The notes beneath the pieces are model-generated. The model was given only the letters and a program-made list of their open reading frames with translations. It searched no databases and was not told the DNA's origin. The position numbers were made by a program, and so were the translations under genes. A DNA stretch of 64,000 nt, taken from positions 90,334,001-90,398,000 of the forward strand of contig CM060731.1 of NCBI GenBank assembly GCA_030704615.1, read 5' to 3'. This document shows, piece after piece, positions 49,610-61,465 of this stretch (positions are counted from its first letter, which is position 1; each line of letters starts with the position of its first letter). The DNA is from Takakia lepidozioides (Eukaryota > Plantae > Bryophyta).

Positions 49610-52600
49610 TATCGCGGCCCTTTGCCTTGAGGGCAGGGGGTCGGGACACAAGAGGGGCTGCCCCTGTGGTGGGGGCAGTGGCAGCGATAGGTATGGGGGG
49701 GCTGAAGCACCCTTGAGTGCCCAAGGCACTCAAGGAGGCAGAGGCGCTCACTAGGTGGAGCCCCGCACACCGGGTTGCGGTGGGGGTGGCTCCACAAGGG
49801 GTGGTGGTAGCTTAGCGGGACTTAGTGGGGGTGGCATAGGACTCACCCTAGGGCGGAGACCTCATGGTGGGAGTCGTGGGGAGTCTTGGGACTCATCACG
49901 GTCCATAGGGGCCGTGGTGGGTGGGCCAAGACTCACCGCGACTCATCACTGGGAGTCGAGGGTGTTCGTGGTGGTTCGCCATAAAATGGCATGGTTGTTT
50001 GTGAAACCCCCGCGGACAGCTACAGAAGTATATATAGGGAGTAGTAACCCGAGAACGGTGCAAGCCTGTTGGTGATCAAAAACTAGTGGGTAAGCAAGCG
50101 AGCCGGAAAGCGACCAAAGAGTGGGGAGCTGCTCCGGACTGCCAACTACCAAAGGGAATTCCACTGGTTCCAAATCCTTGGAGGGTTCTTTGGGAGATCA
50201 AAGGGGGGACCGTTATGCCCCGGTGAGCAGCCGAAGTTCCAAGTTGGCCCGGCGGCCAGGTTGGGAGTTAGGCGCACATCAAGCGAGTAACTATGACTTG
50301 AGGGGAGAGCTTACTGAAGTGAGGTGCGCAACATTATCAGAGCTTAGAGTTTAGTACGCGATCGTCCTTGGGATTGGCCTCATCATGGGGTCGTGCAAGC
50401 CAAAGCGATGTTTCCGAAAACGAGGCCACTCAAGAGCGGGAGGAATTTGAGGAGTCGGAGCCTGAGGAATCCCTGAGAGCTCCGACCGACCAACAGATGC
50501 CTCCCATGCCGACAGCCTTTTGGGAAGGGTTGTTGGCGCAATTTGGCGGGACGTTGAAAGACGTGTTGAAGGCGGCTAATGCCACTTCCACTAAGGCAAA
50601 GTTTAAGGTGAAGCCTAAGAAACCCGGCACCTTCGAGGGTGTCCGAAATTGGAAGGCACTCAACACCTGGCTCTTGGAGCTAGAGCTGTACTTCCGGGCG
50701 GCCAAGTTGAGTGACGAGGATCGGGTGGAAGTGGCTCCCACCTATTTGAGGGGCTATGCTCAACAATGGTGGCAGAAACGCCTTCACGACCGAGGTCCAA
50801 GCCCGGAAACCTTGAACTGGAGTGGGTTCAAGGAATTGATGAAGAGGCAGTTTGTGCCCCTCAACGCGTTCTGGCTCGCCCGGGACAAGATGAGGAATTT
50901 GAAGCAAACAGATGACATTCGGGGATATGTCTAGGCTTTCAATGTGCTGTTGCTCGAAGTCGCGGACATGGCAGAACCAAAAATGGTCTTCAACTTTGTG
51001 GCGGGACTGGCCCCATGGGCCAGGCGGAAGTTGGAGGAGAAGCCACCTAAGACTTTGAACGAGGCAATTGAGAGGGCTGAATGTTTCTCGGATGTCCCTA
51101 AGGGTGAAAGACAAGGCCGTACGGAGCTGAACCACAAGAAGACCCGGCGGGAAGGTGACTCCTTCCAACCGAAAAAGAAGTGGGATAGGCCACGAGGCAA
51201 CAATGGCACGTGGAAATCAAAGGGAGGGCCTTCACAAGTCAAGGCGGCACCCAGTGCTTCGAAAGAAAAAGCGGGTGGAGCGGCCTATGGCGGACAGAAG
51301 GCGATCTTTGATGAAGTGTGTTTCAATTGCGGGGAGCCCGGGCACATGGCCAAGAAGTGCACAAAGCCCCGGCAATTGAACATGACTCGGGCAACCACAG
51401 AGCTATCGGAAGATACCATCAGTCGCTTGGTGGAAGCGGTGGTCGCCAGGACTTGCAAGGTAGGCAAATTTTCTTGTGAGGTGTATCAGGAAACTGGCCC
51501 CTTACGTAAAGGGAGTCAGTTATTGTTCGTGGATGGGATAATATCCGGAACTAACGTGTCGTTGTCGGTGGACACAAAAGCGTTGCACTCCTTCATGACA
51601 CCGGCAACGGCATAAAAGTTGGGACTCCCGACAAGTGACGTGGGGGCCTCTATTGAGGTGCGTTCTGCCATTGGAGAACCGCAATTGGCGACAAGGTTGG
51701 CGTTTGATGTTCCTCTTCAATTGGGGAGTTGGGAGGGACGTGAGAACTTCACCATCTGCGAGATCGATGGAGTGGATCTCATTTTGGGGATGAACTTTTT
51801 GAGCAAATCCGGAGCGGTCATAGATGGCCGCAAGAGAGTAGTCACGCTGCCATGTGGGAATGGTGGCGAGTTCTTACGAGTGTCGGAAACGCCCAAGCTC
51901 GTGGGAGGGCGAATAAACCTTCTGTCAGCAACGGAGTGGGCCGTGGAGGAGGCACACGAGCCCAGATTGGATCAAGGGGATTTTGGAGAAATACCAGGAT
52001 GTGATGCCGGAGGATTTATCAAGCGGCTTGCCACCACGAAGAGGAGTTGACCACAAGATTGAGGTGATACCAGGATCGGAACTGCCTGCCAAGGCGCCCT
52101 ACCGGTTGAGCTACAGAGAGTTAGTCGAGCTGAAGACTCAGCTCAAAGATCTAATGTCAAAGGGGTACATCCGGCCGAGTTAGTCACCTTACAGAGCCCC
52201 GGTGCTATTCGCAGACAAGAAGGATGGGACGCTGCGGATGTGTATTGATTACAGGGCTTTGAATAAGGTGACTATTAAAAACCGGTACCCTTTGCCAAGG
52301 ATCGACGACCTTTTCGATCGGTTGGCAGGAGCTAAGTATTTCAGCCGGATCGATCTGCGCTCCGGCTATCATCAAATTTGAGTGGCGGAAAGAAATGAGG
52401 AGAAGACCGCGTGCACGACAAGGTATGGTTCATATGAGTTCTTGGTGATGCCTTTTGGATTCACCAACGCTCCCGCGAGCTTTAGCACGCTGATGAACAG
52501 CCTTTTCCAGGAGTCGTTGGATGACTTTGTGATCGTGTACATCGACGACATCTTGGTGTATTCGAAAACAAATGAGGAGCACCTGAAGCACCTCAAAAGG

Positions 52601-55600
52601 GTGTTCCAGGAATTGCGGGAAGGGAAGCTGTATGCCAAAGCTTCAAAGTGCGAATTCGGGGTCACAAAAGTGGAGTTCCTGGGGCATGTGATTACACAGG
52701 ATGGGATCAGAATGGATGACAGGAAGGTGAGGGCAATCTTGGACTGGGAGCCTCCGACTTTGGTCCCGGGAGTGCAATCCTTCCTAGGACTCGCCTCCTA
52801 TTACCAGAAGTATGTGAGAAATTTCGCCAAGATCGCGGGGCCGCTGTCAGACCTTCTGTGTAAATCCAAAGTCTGGGCATGGAACACCTTTTGTGGCCAA
52901 GCTTTTGCTGAATTGAAGCAGCGGATGGCGGAAGCTCCAGTCTTGAAAATCCCGGAGTTCGATCGTCCGTTCGAGATTCATACAGATGCGTCGGACTTCG
53001 CGATTGGGGGTGTATTGATGCAAGATGGAAGTCCAGTGGCTTACGAAAGTAAGAAACTGAATGACGTAGAGCGACGTTGGCCGACGCACGAGAAAGAAAT
53101 GAAGGCGGTGGTGCACTGTCTTGAGCTTTGGCGCCACTATGTTGGTTCCAACCCAGTGAAGGTGTTCACAGACAATGTCACTGTGAAGTATTTTGCCACG
53201 CAACCCAAGTTGTCCCCAAAACAACTTAGGTGGCAAGATACTTTGGCAGTGTTCGACGTGGATATCCAGTAAAAACCGGGACGGGACAACGTGGTGGCCG
53301 ATGCTTTAAGTAGAAAGCAGCAGCTCTTGTTGGTGTACAGGGGCAAAACGACGCTCCAAAGGAAGATCCGGAAGGCTTGTCGGAAGGATGAGCTGGCGAA
53401 GTCCGTGATGCAGGACTTGAGGATGGGGGTTAAATCGCAGTTCCACTTGCAAAATGGACTGCTTTGGTATAAGCAAAAGCGTCTCTACGTGCCGAAGGGA
53501 GGGATCAGAGATAGCCTCTTGAGATAATGCCATGGTGGCCCGCTTGCGGGCCACGGCGGAGCCAAGCGCACTGCGGCACTCTTGAAGAAAGAGTATTTCT
53601 GGCCCAAACTAAGGGAGGAGGCAGAGGAGTATGTCAAGACATGCACCACATGCCAACAAAACCGGAGCGAGTACAAAAAGCAAGCGGGGCTGTTACAACC
53701 CTTGCCGATTCCAGAGGGGACTTGGGAAAGCGTCTCGATGGATTTCATGATTGCTATGCCGCTGTCAAAAGGATTCGATGCAATCACGGTGGTGGTGGAT
53801 AGGTTCAGTAAAATGGGCCATTTCATCCCCACCAAGGAGACGGCAACGACGCAGGAAACAGGGCGACTTTACTTCGCCCACGTCTTAAAGCATCATGGAG
53901 TCCCGAAGGATATTGTCTCGGACCGCGATCCAAAGTTTACGAGTAAATTTTGGAGGGCACTCTGGAAGAAGATGGGGACGAGGCTGAAGATGAGCACCAC
54001 CTTCCGACCTACGACCGACGGCCAAACGAAAAGAGCGAATTCCGTAGTGAAGCAGATCTTACGGAATTACGTGTCGGCAGACCAAACAGACTGGGTGGAA
54101 CACTTAGACGCGGCAGAGTTCTGTTATAATAACACAGAACACTCCGCAACGGGAGTTTCCCCTTTCGTATTGGTCTATGGAAAAGCACCTCTGGTGCTGA
54201 CAAGTTGGGCCGCCCAGGACGTTGAGGAACCGGTAGTAGCGGCGGTACTGGAAGAACGCGAGCGTTTGTTGAAGCTCGCAAAATACAACATTGCCAAAGC
54301 TAGGAAATGGTATGAAAGGCAGGCAAATCGGAAGCGGAGGGAAGTGAAGTTTGAGGCAGGCACGAAGGTCTGGTTGAACATCAAGAATTTTCGACTACCT
54401 CCGGAAGTGAGTCCAAAGTTCGTACCTCCGTATGCGGGACCTTTTCGCATCCGGAAGGTTATGAATGAGGATGTGTATGAATTGGAGCTGCCGGCAAACA
54501 GCAAGGTGCATCCAGTATTCCACGTCTCCCTTTTGAAGCCTTACTTCAAAGATGAAGCGCGTCCGAATCGGCATCAAGTGTTGCGTCCGCCACCTATGCT
54601 GTTGGATCATGAAAATGAACCTGAATACGAGGTGGAGGCAGTACTTAAGTCGAGGAGGTTTAAGAATCGAGAAACGGAGTATCTCGTCAAATGGAAGGGC
54701 TATCATCATGTGGAGGCATCTTGGGTGCGTGCCTCAGAAATGGGAAACGCATCCGAGGCGGTCGCAGCTTTCGAAGGGCGACCTCAAAAGCGGAAGAAGC
54801 GTTGATGGGGACATCAACCTTGGAGCGTGGGGGAGGAAATGCATGCTTAGCCCGGCTTAGCTAGCTTAGGAATCCGATTGCAAAAACTTGTATTGTACAA
54901 AACGTGCTATAAATAAAAATGGATTCCAAATGTTGTGCGTCCTATTTTGTTTGGAATGGTGATGCATGGTGTGGTTGGCTAGTGTGTAGAATGCATGCTA
55001 GCTTACAAAAGTGGGAGAGGTAAATTGGGTTAATCGTGTGTTTGCGCAGTGCCGAAATCGGGTGATTCCCATCCAAGGGGCAAGGAAACTTGCGCCTTCT
55101 TTAGGAGTTCACGTGCTAGTGCGCACTTGGCGCGCGCGCATAATATAACTGCGCTGCCGAGGGGGTTGCTTTGTAGTGCGGGCTAACGCGGAAGCTACGT
55201 GCTTCCATTCACGTACTATAATCGTGTAGCCTCGGGACGAAGTCATAGTGTGGCTTCGGCGTGTTCCCGTACCTCAGGCCAGCATTCCAAGGCGGACCCA
55301 ATTGTAGTCATTGGGGCGCGCGGTTGGTTCAAGGTTATCTTCCTAGTCAAAGAGGGTTCGAGGTGAACCCTTGCTCCAGGTGATGCCAAAAGCGGCATCA
55401 TGAGCGGTCGCAAGCAATGTTGTTGCAGTAAGGCGATTTGATCCTCGGGGAGGATCGTTCCTTGGCCTTGAAGTAGGCCAAGAAGAGAGCACTGGGAGGA
55501 GCTTGAGAGGCTCCACCCTTGGCCGGGACTTGGAGGAAGTCGGCCGAACTAGCTAGTGGAGATTAGAGTCAAGTGTGGGGTTTGGTTCTTTGCATGGGAC

Positions 55601-56435
55601 GCCATGGTATGGAAACAAACTCCTTGATGTGGGACGGCACAACTTGGATGTCCGTTTCCACAAAAGGGACAAGCCGATGAGGACATCGGCTCCCTGTTGG
55701 TAGGGGTGTGTGTCGCGGCCCTTTGCCTTGAGGGCAGGGGTTTGGGACACAAGAGGGGCTGCCCCTGTGGTGGGGGCAGTGGCAGTGATAGGTATGGGGG
55801 GGCTGAAGCACCCTTGAGTGCCCAAGGCACTCAAGGAGGCAGAGGCGCTCACTAGGTGGAGCCCCGCACACCGGGTGGCGGTGGGGGTGGCTCCACAAGG
55901 GGTGGTGGTAGCTTAGCGGGACTTAGTGGGGGTGGCATAGGACTCACCCTAGGGCGGAGACCTCGTGGTGGGAGTCGTGGGGAGTCTTGGGACTCATCAC
56001 GGTCCATAGGGGCCGTGGTGGGTGGGCCAAGACTCACCGCGACTCATCACCGGGAGTCGAGGGTGGTCGTGGTGGTTTGGCATAAAGTGGCATGGCTGTT
56101 TGTGAAACCCCCGCGGACAGCTACAGAAGTTTATATAGGGAGTAGTAAACCCAAGAATGGTGCAAGCCCGTTGGTGACCAAAAACTAGTGAGTAAGCGAG
56201 CGAGCCGGAAAGCGACCAAAGAGTGGGGAGCTGTTCCGGACTGCCAACTACCAAAGGGAATTCCTGGTTCCAAATCGTTGGAGGGTTCTTTGGGAGATCA
56301 AAGGGGGGACCATTATGCCCCGGTGAGCAGCCGAAGCTCCATATTGGCCCGGCGGCCAGATTGGGAGTTAGGCGCGCGCATCAAGGGAGTAACTATGACT
56401 TGAGGGGAGAGCTTACCGAAGTGAGGTGCGCGACA
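49610..56435 (+). mobile_element. Full-length chromovirus copy 2 nested in the integrase of copy 1
   Basis: LTRs 49610-50333 and 55711-56435; 5-bp TSD GAGAC (49605-49609 / 56436-56440); PBS partly deleted; G-rich tract GGTAGGGGTGTG before the 3' LTR. Confidence 0.95.
50386..54805 (+). pseudogene. gag-pol with C-terminal chromodomain, copy 2
   Basis: RT, RH, integrase (SMDF, SDRDPKF, GPF), chromodomain EYEVEAVL..YLVKWKGY..SW; multiple stops. Confidence 0.92.
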
Positions 56436-56911
56436 GAGACGGTAACGGCACAGGAGACGGGGCGACTTTACTTTGCCCACGTCTTCAAGCATCATGGACT
56501 CCCGAAGGATATTGTCTCGGACCGTGATCCAAAGTTTACGAGTAAATTTTGGAGGACACTTTGGAAGAAGATGGGGACGAGGCTCAAGATGAGCACCGCC
56601 TTCCGACCTATGACGGAAGGCCAAATGGAAAGGGTGAATTCCGTGGTGAAGCAGATCTCGCAGAATTACGTGTCGGCAGACAAATCGGACTGGGTGGAGC
56701 ACTTGGATGTGGCAGAGATCTATTATAATAACACAAAACATTCCGCAACGGGAGTTTCCCCCTTCGTATTGGTTTATGGAAAAGCACCTTTGATGCTGAC
56801 AAGTTGGGCCACCCAAGACGTTGAGGAACCGGCAGCAGCGACAGTGCTGGAAGAACGCGAGCGTTTGTTAAAGCTCGCAAAGTACAACATAGCCAAAGCT
56901 AGGAAACGGTA

Positions 56912-57644
56912 TGTCGCGGCCCTTTGCCTTGAGGGCAGGGGGCCGGGACACAAGTGGGGCTGCCCCTGTGGTGGGGGCAGTGGCAGCGATAGGTATGGGG
57001 AGCTGAAGCACCCTTGAGTGCCCAAGGCACTCAAGGAGGCAAAGGCGCTCACTAGGTGGAGCCCCGCACACCGGGTTGCGGTAGGGGTGGCTCCACAAGG
57101 GGTGGTGGTAGCTTAGCGGGCCTTAGTGGGACTTAGTGGGGGTGGCATAGGACTCACCCTGAGGCGGAGACCTCGTGGTGGGAGTCGTGGGGAGTCTTGG
57201 GACTCATCACGGTCCGTAGGGGCCGTGGTGGGTGGGCCAAGACTCACCGCGACTCATCACCGGGAGTCGAGGGTGTTCGTGGTGGTTTGCCATAAAATGG
57301 CATGGTTGTTTGTGAAACCCCCACGGACAGCTACAGAAGTATATATAGGGAGTAGTAACCCCGAGAACGGTGCAAGCCCGTTGGTGACCAAAAACTAGTG
57401 AGTAAGCGAGCGAGCCGGAAAGCGACCAAAGAGTGGGGAGCTGTTCCGGACTGCCAACTACCAAAGGGAATTCCGCTTGCGAATCGTTGGAGGGTTCTTT
57501 GGGAGATCAAAGGGGGACCGTTATGCCTCAGTGAGCAGCCGGAGCTCCAAGTTGGCCCGGCGGCCAAGTTGGGAGTTAGGCGCGTGAATCAAGCGAGTAA
57601 CCACCTAATAGAGGGGAGAGCTTACCGAAGTGAGGTGCGTGACA
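56912..57644 (+). mobile_element. Solo LTR nested in the integrase of copy 1
   Basis: TG...CA ends; TSD CGGTA / CAGTA; integrase resumes seamlessly after it. Confidence 0.9.
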
Positions 57645-59099
57645 CAGTATGAACGGGAGGTGAATCGGAAGCGGAGGGAGGTTAAGTTTGAGGCAGGCAT
57701 GGAGGTCTGGTTGAACATCAAGAATTTTTGACCACCTCCGGAAGTGAGTCCGAAGTTCATACCTCCGTATGCGGGACCCTTTCGCATCCAGAAGGTTATG
57801 AATGAGGATGTGTATGAATTGGAGCTGCCGGCAAACAGCAAGGTGCATCCAGTATTCCACGTCTCCCTTTTGAAGCCTTACTTCAAAGATGAAGCGCGTC
57901 CGAATCGACATCAAGTGTTGCGTCCGCCACCTGTGCTGTTGGATCATGAAAATGAACCTGAGTACGAGGTGGAGGCAGTGCTTAAGTCGAGGAGGTTCAA
58001 GAATCGAGAAACGGAGTATCTCGTGAAATGGAAGGGCTATCATCATGTGGAGGCATCTTCGGTGCGTGCCTCATAAATGGGAAACGCATCCGAGGCGGTT
58101 GCAGTTTTCGAAGGGCGACCTCAAAAGCGAAAGAAGCGTTGATGGGGACATCAACCTTGGAGCGTGGGGGAGGAAATGCATGCTTAGCCCGGCTTAGCTA
58201 GCTTAGGAATCCGATTGCAAAAACTTGTATTGTACAAATTTTGTTATAAATGAAATGGTTTCCAAATGTTGTGCGTCCTATTTTGTTTGGAATGGTGATG
58301 GTATGGTTGGCTAGTGTGTAGAATGCATGCTAGCTTACAAAAGTGGGAGAGGTAAATTGGGTTAATCATGTGTTTGCGCAGTGCCAAAATTGGGTGACTC
58401 CCACCCAAGGGGCAAGGAAACTTGCGCCTTCTTTGGGAGTTCACATGCTAGTGCGCACCTGGCGCGTGTGCGTACTATAACTGCGCTACCGAGGGGGTTG
58501 CCTTGTAGTGCGGGCTAACGTGGAAGCTACGTGCTTCCTTTCACGTACTATAATCGTGTAGCATCGGGACGAAGTCGTAGTGCGGCTTCGACGTGTTCCC
58601 GTACCTCAGGCCAGCATTCCAAGGCGGACCCAATTGTAGTGATTGGGGCGCACGGTTGGTTCAAGGTTATTTTTCTAGTCAAAAAGGGTTCAAGGTGAAC
58701 CCTTGCTCAAGGTGATGCCAAAAAAGTGGCATCACGAGCGGTCGCAAGCAAATGTTGTTGCAGTTAGGCGATTTGATCCTCGGGGAGGATCGTTCCTTGG
58801 CCTTGAAGTGGGCAAAGAAGAGTGCACTGGGAGGAGCTTGAGAAGCTCCACCCTTGGCCGGGACTTGGAGGAAGTCGGCCGAACTAGCTAGTGGAGAGTA
58901 GAGTCAAGTGGGGGTTTGGTTCTTAGCCATGGGACGCCATGGTGCGGAAACAAACTCCTTGATGTGGGACGCCACAACTTGGATGTTCGTTTCTACAAAA
59001 TAGACAAGTCGATGAGGACATCGACTCCCTGTTGGTAGGGGTGTGTGTCGTAGCCCTTTGCCTTGAGGGCAGGGGGTCGGGACACGAGAGGGAAGCCCC

Positions 59100-60040
59100 C
59101 AACATCACCTAGCTGGAAATCAAGTAGGAACTAGGCTTCAGCTCGTGGAATCGGTTTTGCGGGAGACTGCTCCAACCTCCCCTTTTTTGTCTTCTGCTTT
59201 TTCATTCTTACAGGTGAAGGCATCTGCTGCATTTGAATCTGCACTGCACCCTTCTGCTTTATTCTCTTGGGGGGGGGGGGAGGAAACGGCCTGGTCCGAT
59301 TCAGAAACCAATTCAAAGACGGGCTGCTTCTTCTTCGTCTTTGCTGGAGAAGGGCCCGACTCCTGCTGGCGATTCTCCATGACCTTCAAATGCGACTGTT
59401 TCTCTGGCGCTTGGAACTGCAAAGCCTTGCCTTTCCAAACCACGTCCTTGAAACGCACAGGGCTAGGCCCGGCAGGGAGACCCGTGCTCGTGGATTGGCT
59501 GGGTGTGCGTGCTGCAGCTAGTTCCACGGATTCTCCATACGGCTCTTCGGATTCCTGCGATCCCTCTACCACCTCCACCTTTCGAGTTAGGCATGCAAAC
59601 ATCTTCTGCATTCAAGTGTCCTACCATACGGTCTAAGAATTGCACAACGAAAATGAGGGAGGGTTTCGGTGCTCGATCAGCTGCGCGCATCCCGATAGCA
59701 CGGAGCTCTCACTGGTGGATGGGTTGCCTGCGTTGCCTGCTGCTGCGAGATGACCATCTCCTCCTGAAGACGCATCTGCTTCCTCCCCTTCGGCATTGGC
59801 CTTCGCTCCGAAGTACAACTTGCGGAGCTTGCGACGATGTCTCTTCTCTGGTGCAGGAACTTCCTCCCTCTCAGGTTGGAGCATAAGAAGAAAACAGACG
59901 TGGAAAAGGGGCGAAGAGTGCAGATGGAAAAGGCGCGTGAGGGGTGAATGAGTAGACACGACAAATGAAGATGAAACGGCGAAGATGCACCGCTTGGGTT
60001 CGAAAGGCTGGGATGGAAGTGTCTCTTCGTTGCTATTTAA
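59100..60040 (-). pseudogene. Possible 5' exons of a sister-family cargo gene
   Basis: RHRRKLRKLYFG resembles RPRRKLKALYYG of cargo exon 1; GPSPAKTKKK resembles GPAHAKKKKK; same position next to a palindrome array. Confidence 0.35.
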
Positions 60041-61465
60041 CGGAAATGCGGCGCCGCATTTGCGTTTTCACTCTAACTCATCAGACGCTGGGACGAAAAT
60101 GCCATGATATGTGAACACGTGGACCCACAGAATTGCGGCATCGCTTTTTCATGTCTGCACTCATGCTGGCTAAAGTGGCAGGAGGCGGCGCGGCCTGACC
60201 GTTGGTTAATGATGTTTGTTTTGCGGACGGCAGGCGTACATTTGACGATTCAAATTTCGTAATGACGCATACCCGAACGGAAAGACGGTTTCATGCCTGG
60301 CATACAAAACGGAAATGCGGCGCCGCATTTCCGTCCCACTACTGCATGCCTGACATACAGAACGGAAATGCGACGCCGCATTTCCGTTCTGGAAAGTCCG
60401 AATGTACGACTCCGACGGAAATGCGGTGCCGCATTTCATTTGTATTGTTTCATGATTTTCAATCACAACAGGAATGTTGTGCCGCATTTCCGTTCCACTG
60501 TCACATACCTTACTTGTTGGACGGAAATGCGGCACCGCATTTCCGTTCTGGAGAGTATAAAGGTTTCCCCAGACGGAAATGCGGTGCCGCATTTCCGTCC
60601 CACACCTCCATGCCTGAGATACAAAACGGAAATGCGGCGCCGCATTTATGTTCGGGAAAGTCCGAAGGTGCGACTCGGACGGAAATGTGGTGCCGCATTT
60701 CAGTTGCAGTGGTTCATGATTTTCAATCACAACGGAAATGCGATACCGCATTTCCATTCTGGAGAGTATGAAGGTTTCACCCGGACGGAAATGCGGTGCC
60801 GCATTTCCGTCCCACAGCTCCATGCCTAAGATACAAAACGGAAATGCGGCGCCACATTTCCGTTCTAGAATGTCGGAAGTTGCGACTCGGACGGAAATGC
60901 GGTGCCGTATTTCAGTTGCGGTGGTTCATGATTTTCAATCACAACGGAAATGCGGTACCACATTTCCGTTCCACTGTCACTTACCTTACTTGTTGGACGG
61001 AAATGCGGCACCGCATTTCCGTTCTGGAGAGTATAAAGGTTTCCCCCAGACGGAAATGCGGTGCCGCATTTCCGTCCCACACCTCCATGCCTGAGATACA
61101 AAACGGAAATGCGGCCCCGCATTTATGTTCGGGAAAGTCCGAAGGTGCGACTCGGACGGAAATGTGGTGCCGCATTTCAGTTGCAGTGGTTCATGATTTT
61201 CAATCACAACGGAAATGCGGTACCGCATTTCCGTTCTGGAGAGTATGAAGGTTTCACCCGGACGGAAATGCGGTGCCGCATTTACGTCCCACAGCTCCAT
61301 GCCTAAGATACAAAACGGAAATGCGGCGCCACATTTCTGTTCTGGAATGTCGGAAGTTGCGACTCGGACGGAAATGCGGTGCCGTATTTCAGTTGCGGTG
61401 GTTCATGATTTTCAATCACAACGGAAATGCGGTACGACATTTCCATTCCATTGTCACATACCTTA
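60040..61465. repeat. Array of palindrome ACGGAAATGCGGCGCCGCATTTCCGT, ~50-bp spacing, ~477-bp higher-order repeat
   Basis: More than 20 copies; the block near 60520-60995 recurs near 60997-61465. Confidence 0.95.

Larger units (their letters stand above)
45243..59099 (+). mobile_element. Ty3/gypsy chromovirus, host copy 1 (5' LTR 45243-45967; 3' LTR truncated, 59046-~59099), interrupted by two nested insertions
   Basis: TGTCGCG...CGCGACA LTR; PBS TGGTATTAGAGC 45970-45981; gag-PR-RT(YIDD)-RH-INT split at 49609/56436 and 56911/57645; chromodomain near 57960-58140. Confidence 0.92.

Noticed and set aside
49755-50354. Recurrent small ORFs MEPRTPG.../MSASASL...
   Set aside because: They lie within LTRs and vary by frameshift among copies.
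60040-61465. CRISPR-like look (palindromic repeats with ~25-30-bp spacers)
   Set aside because: Spacers recur in higher-order units, no cas genes are present, and the context is eukaryotic.
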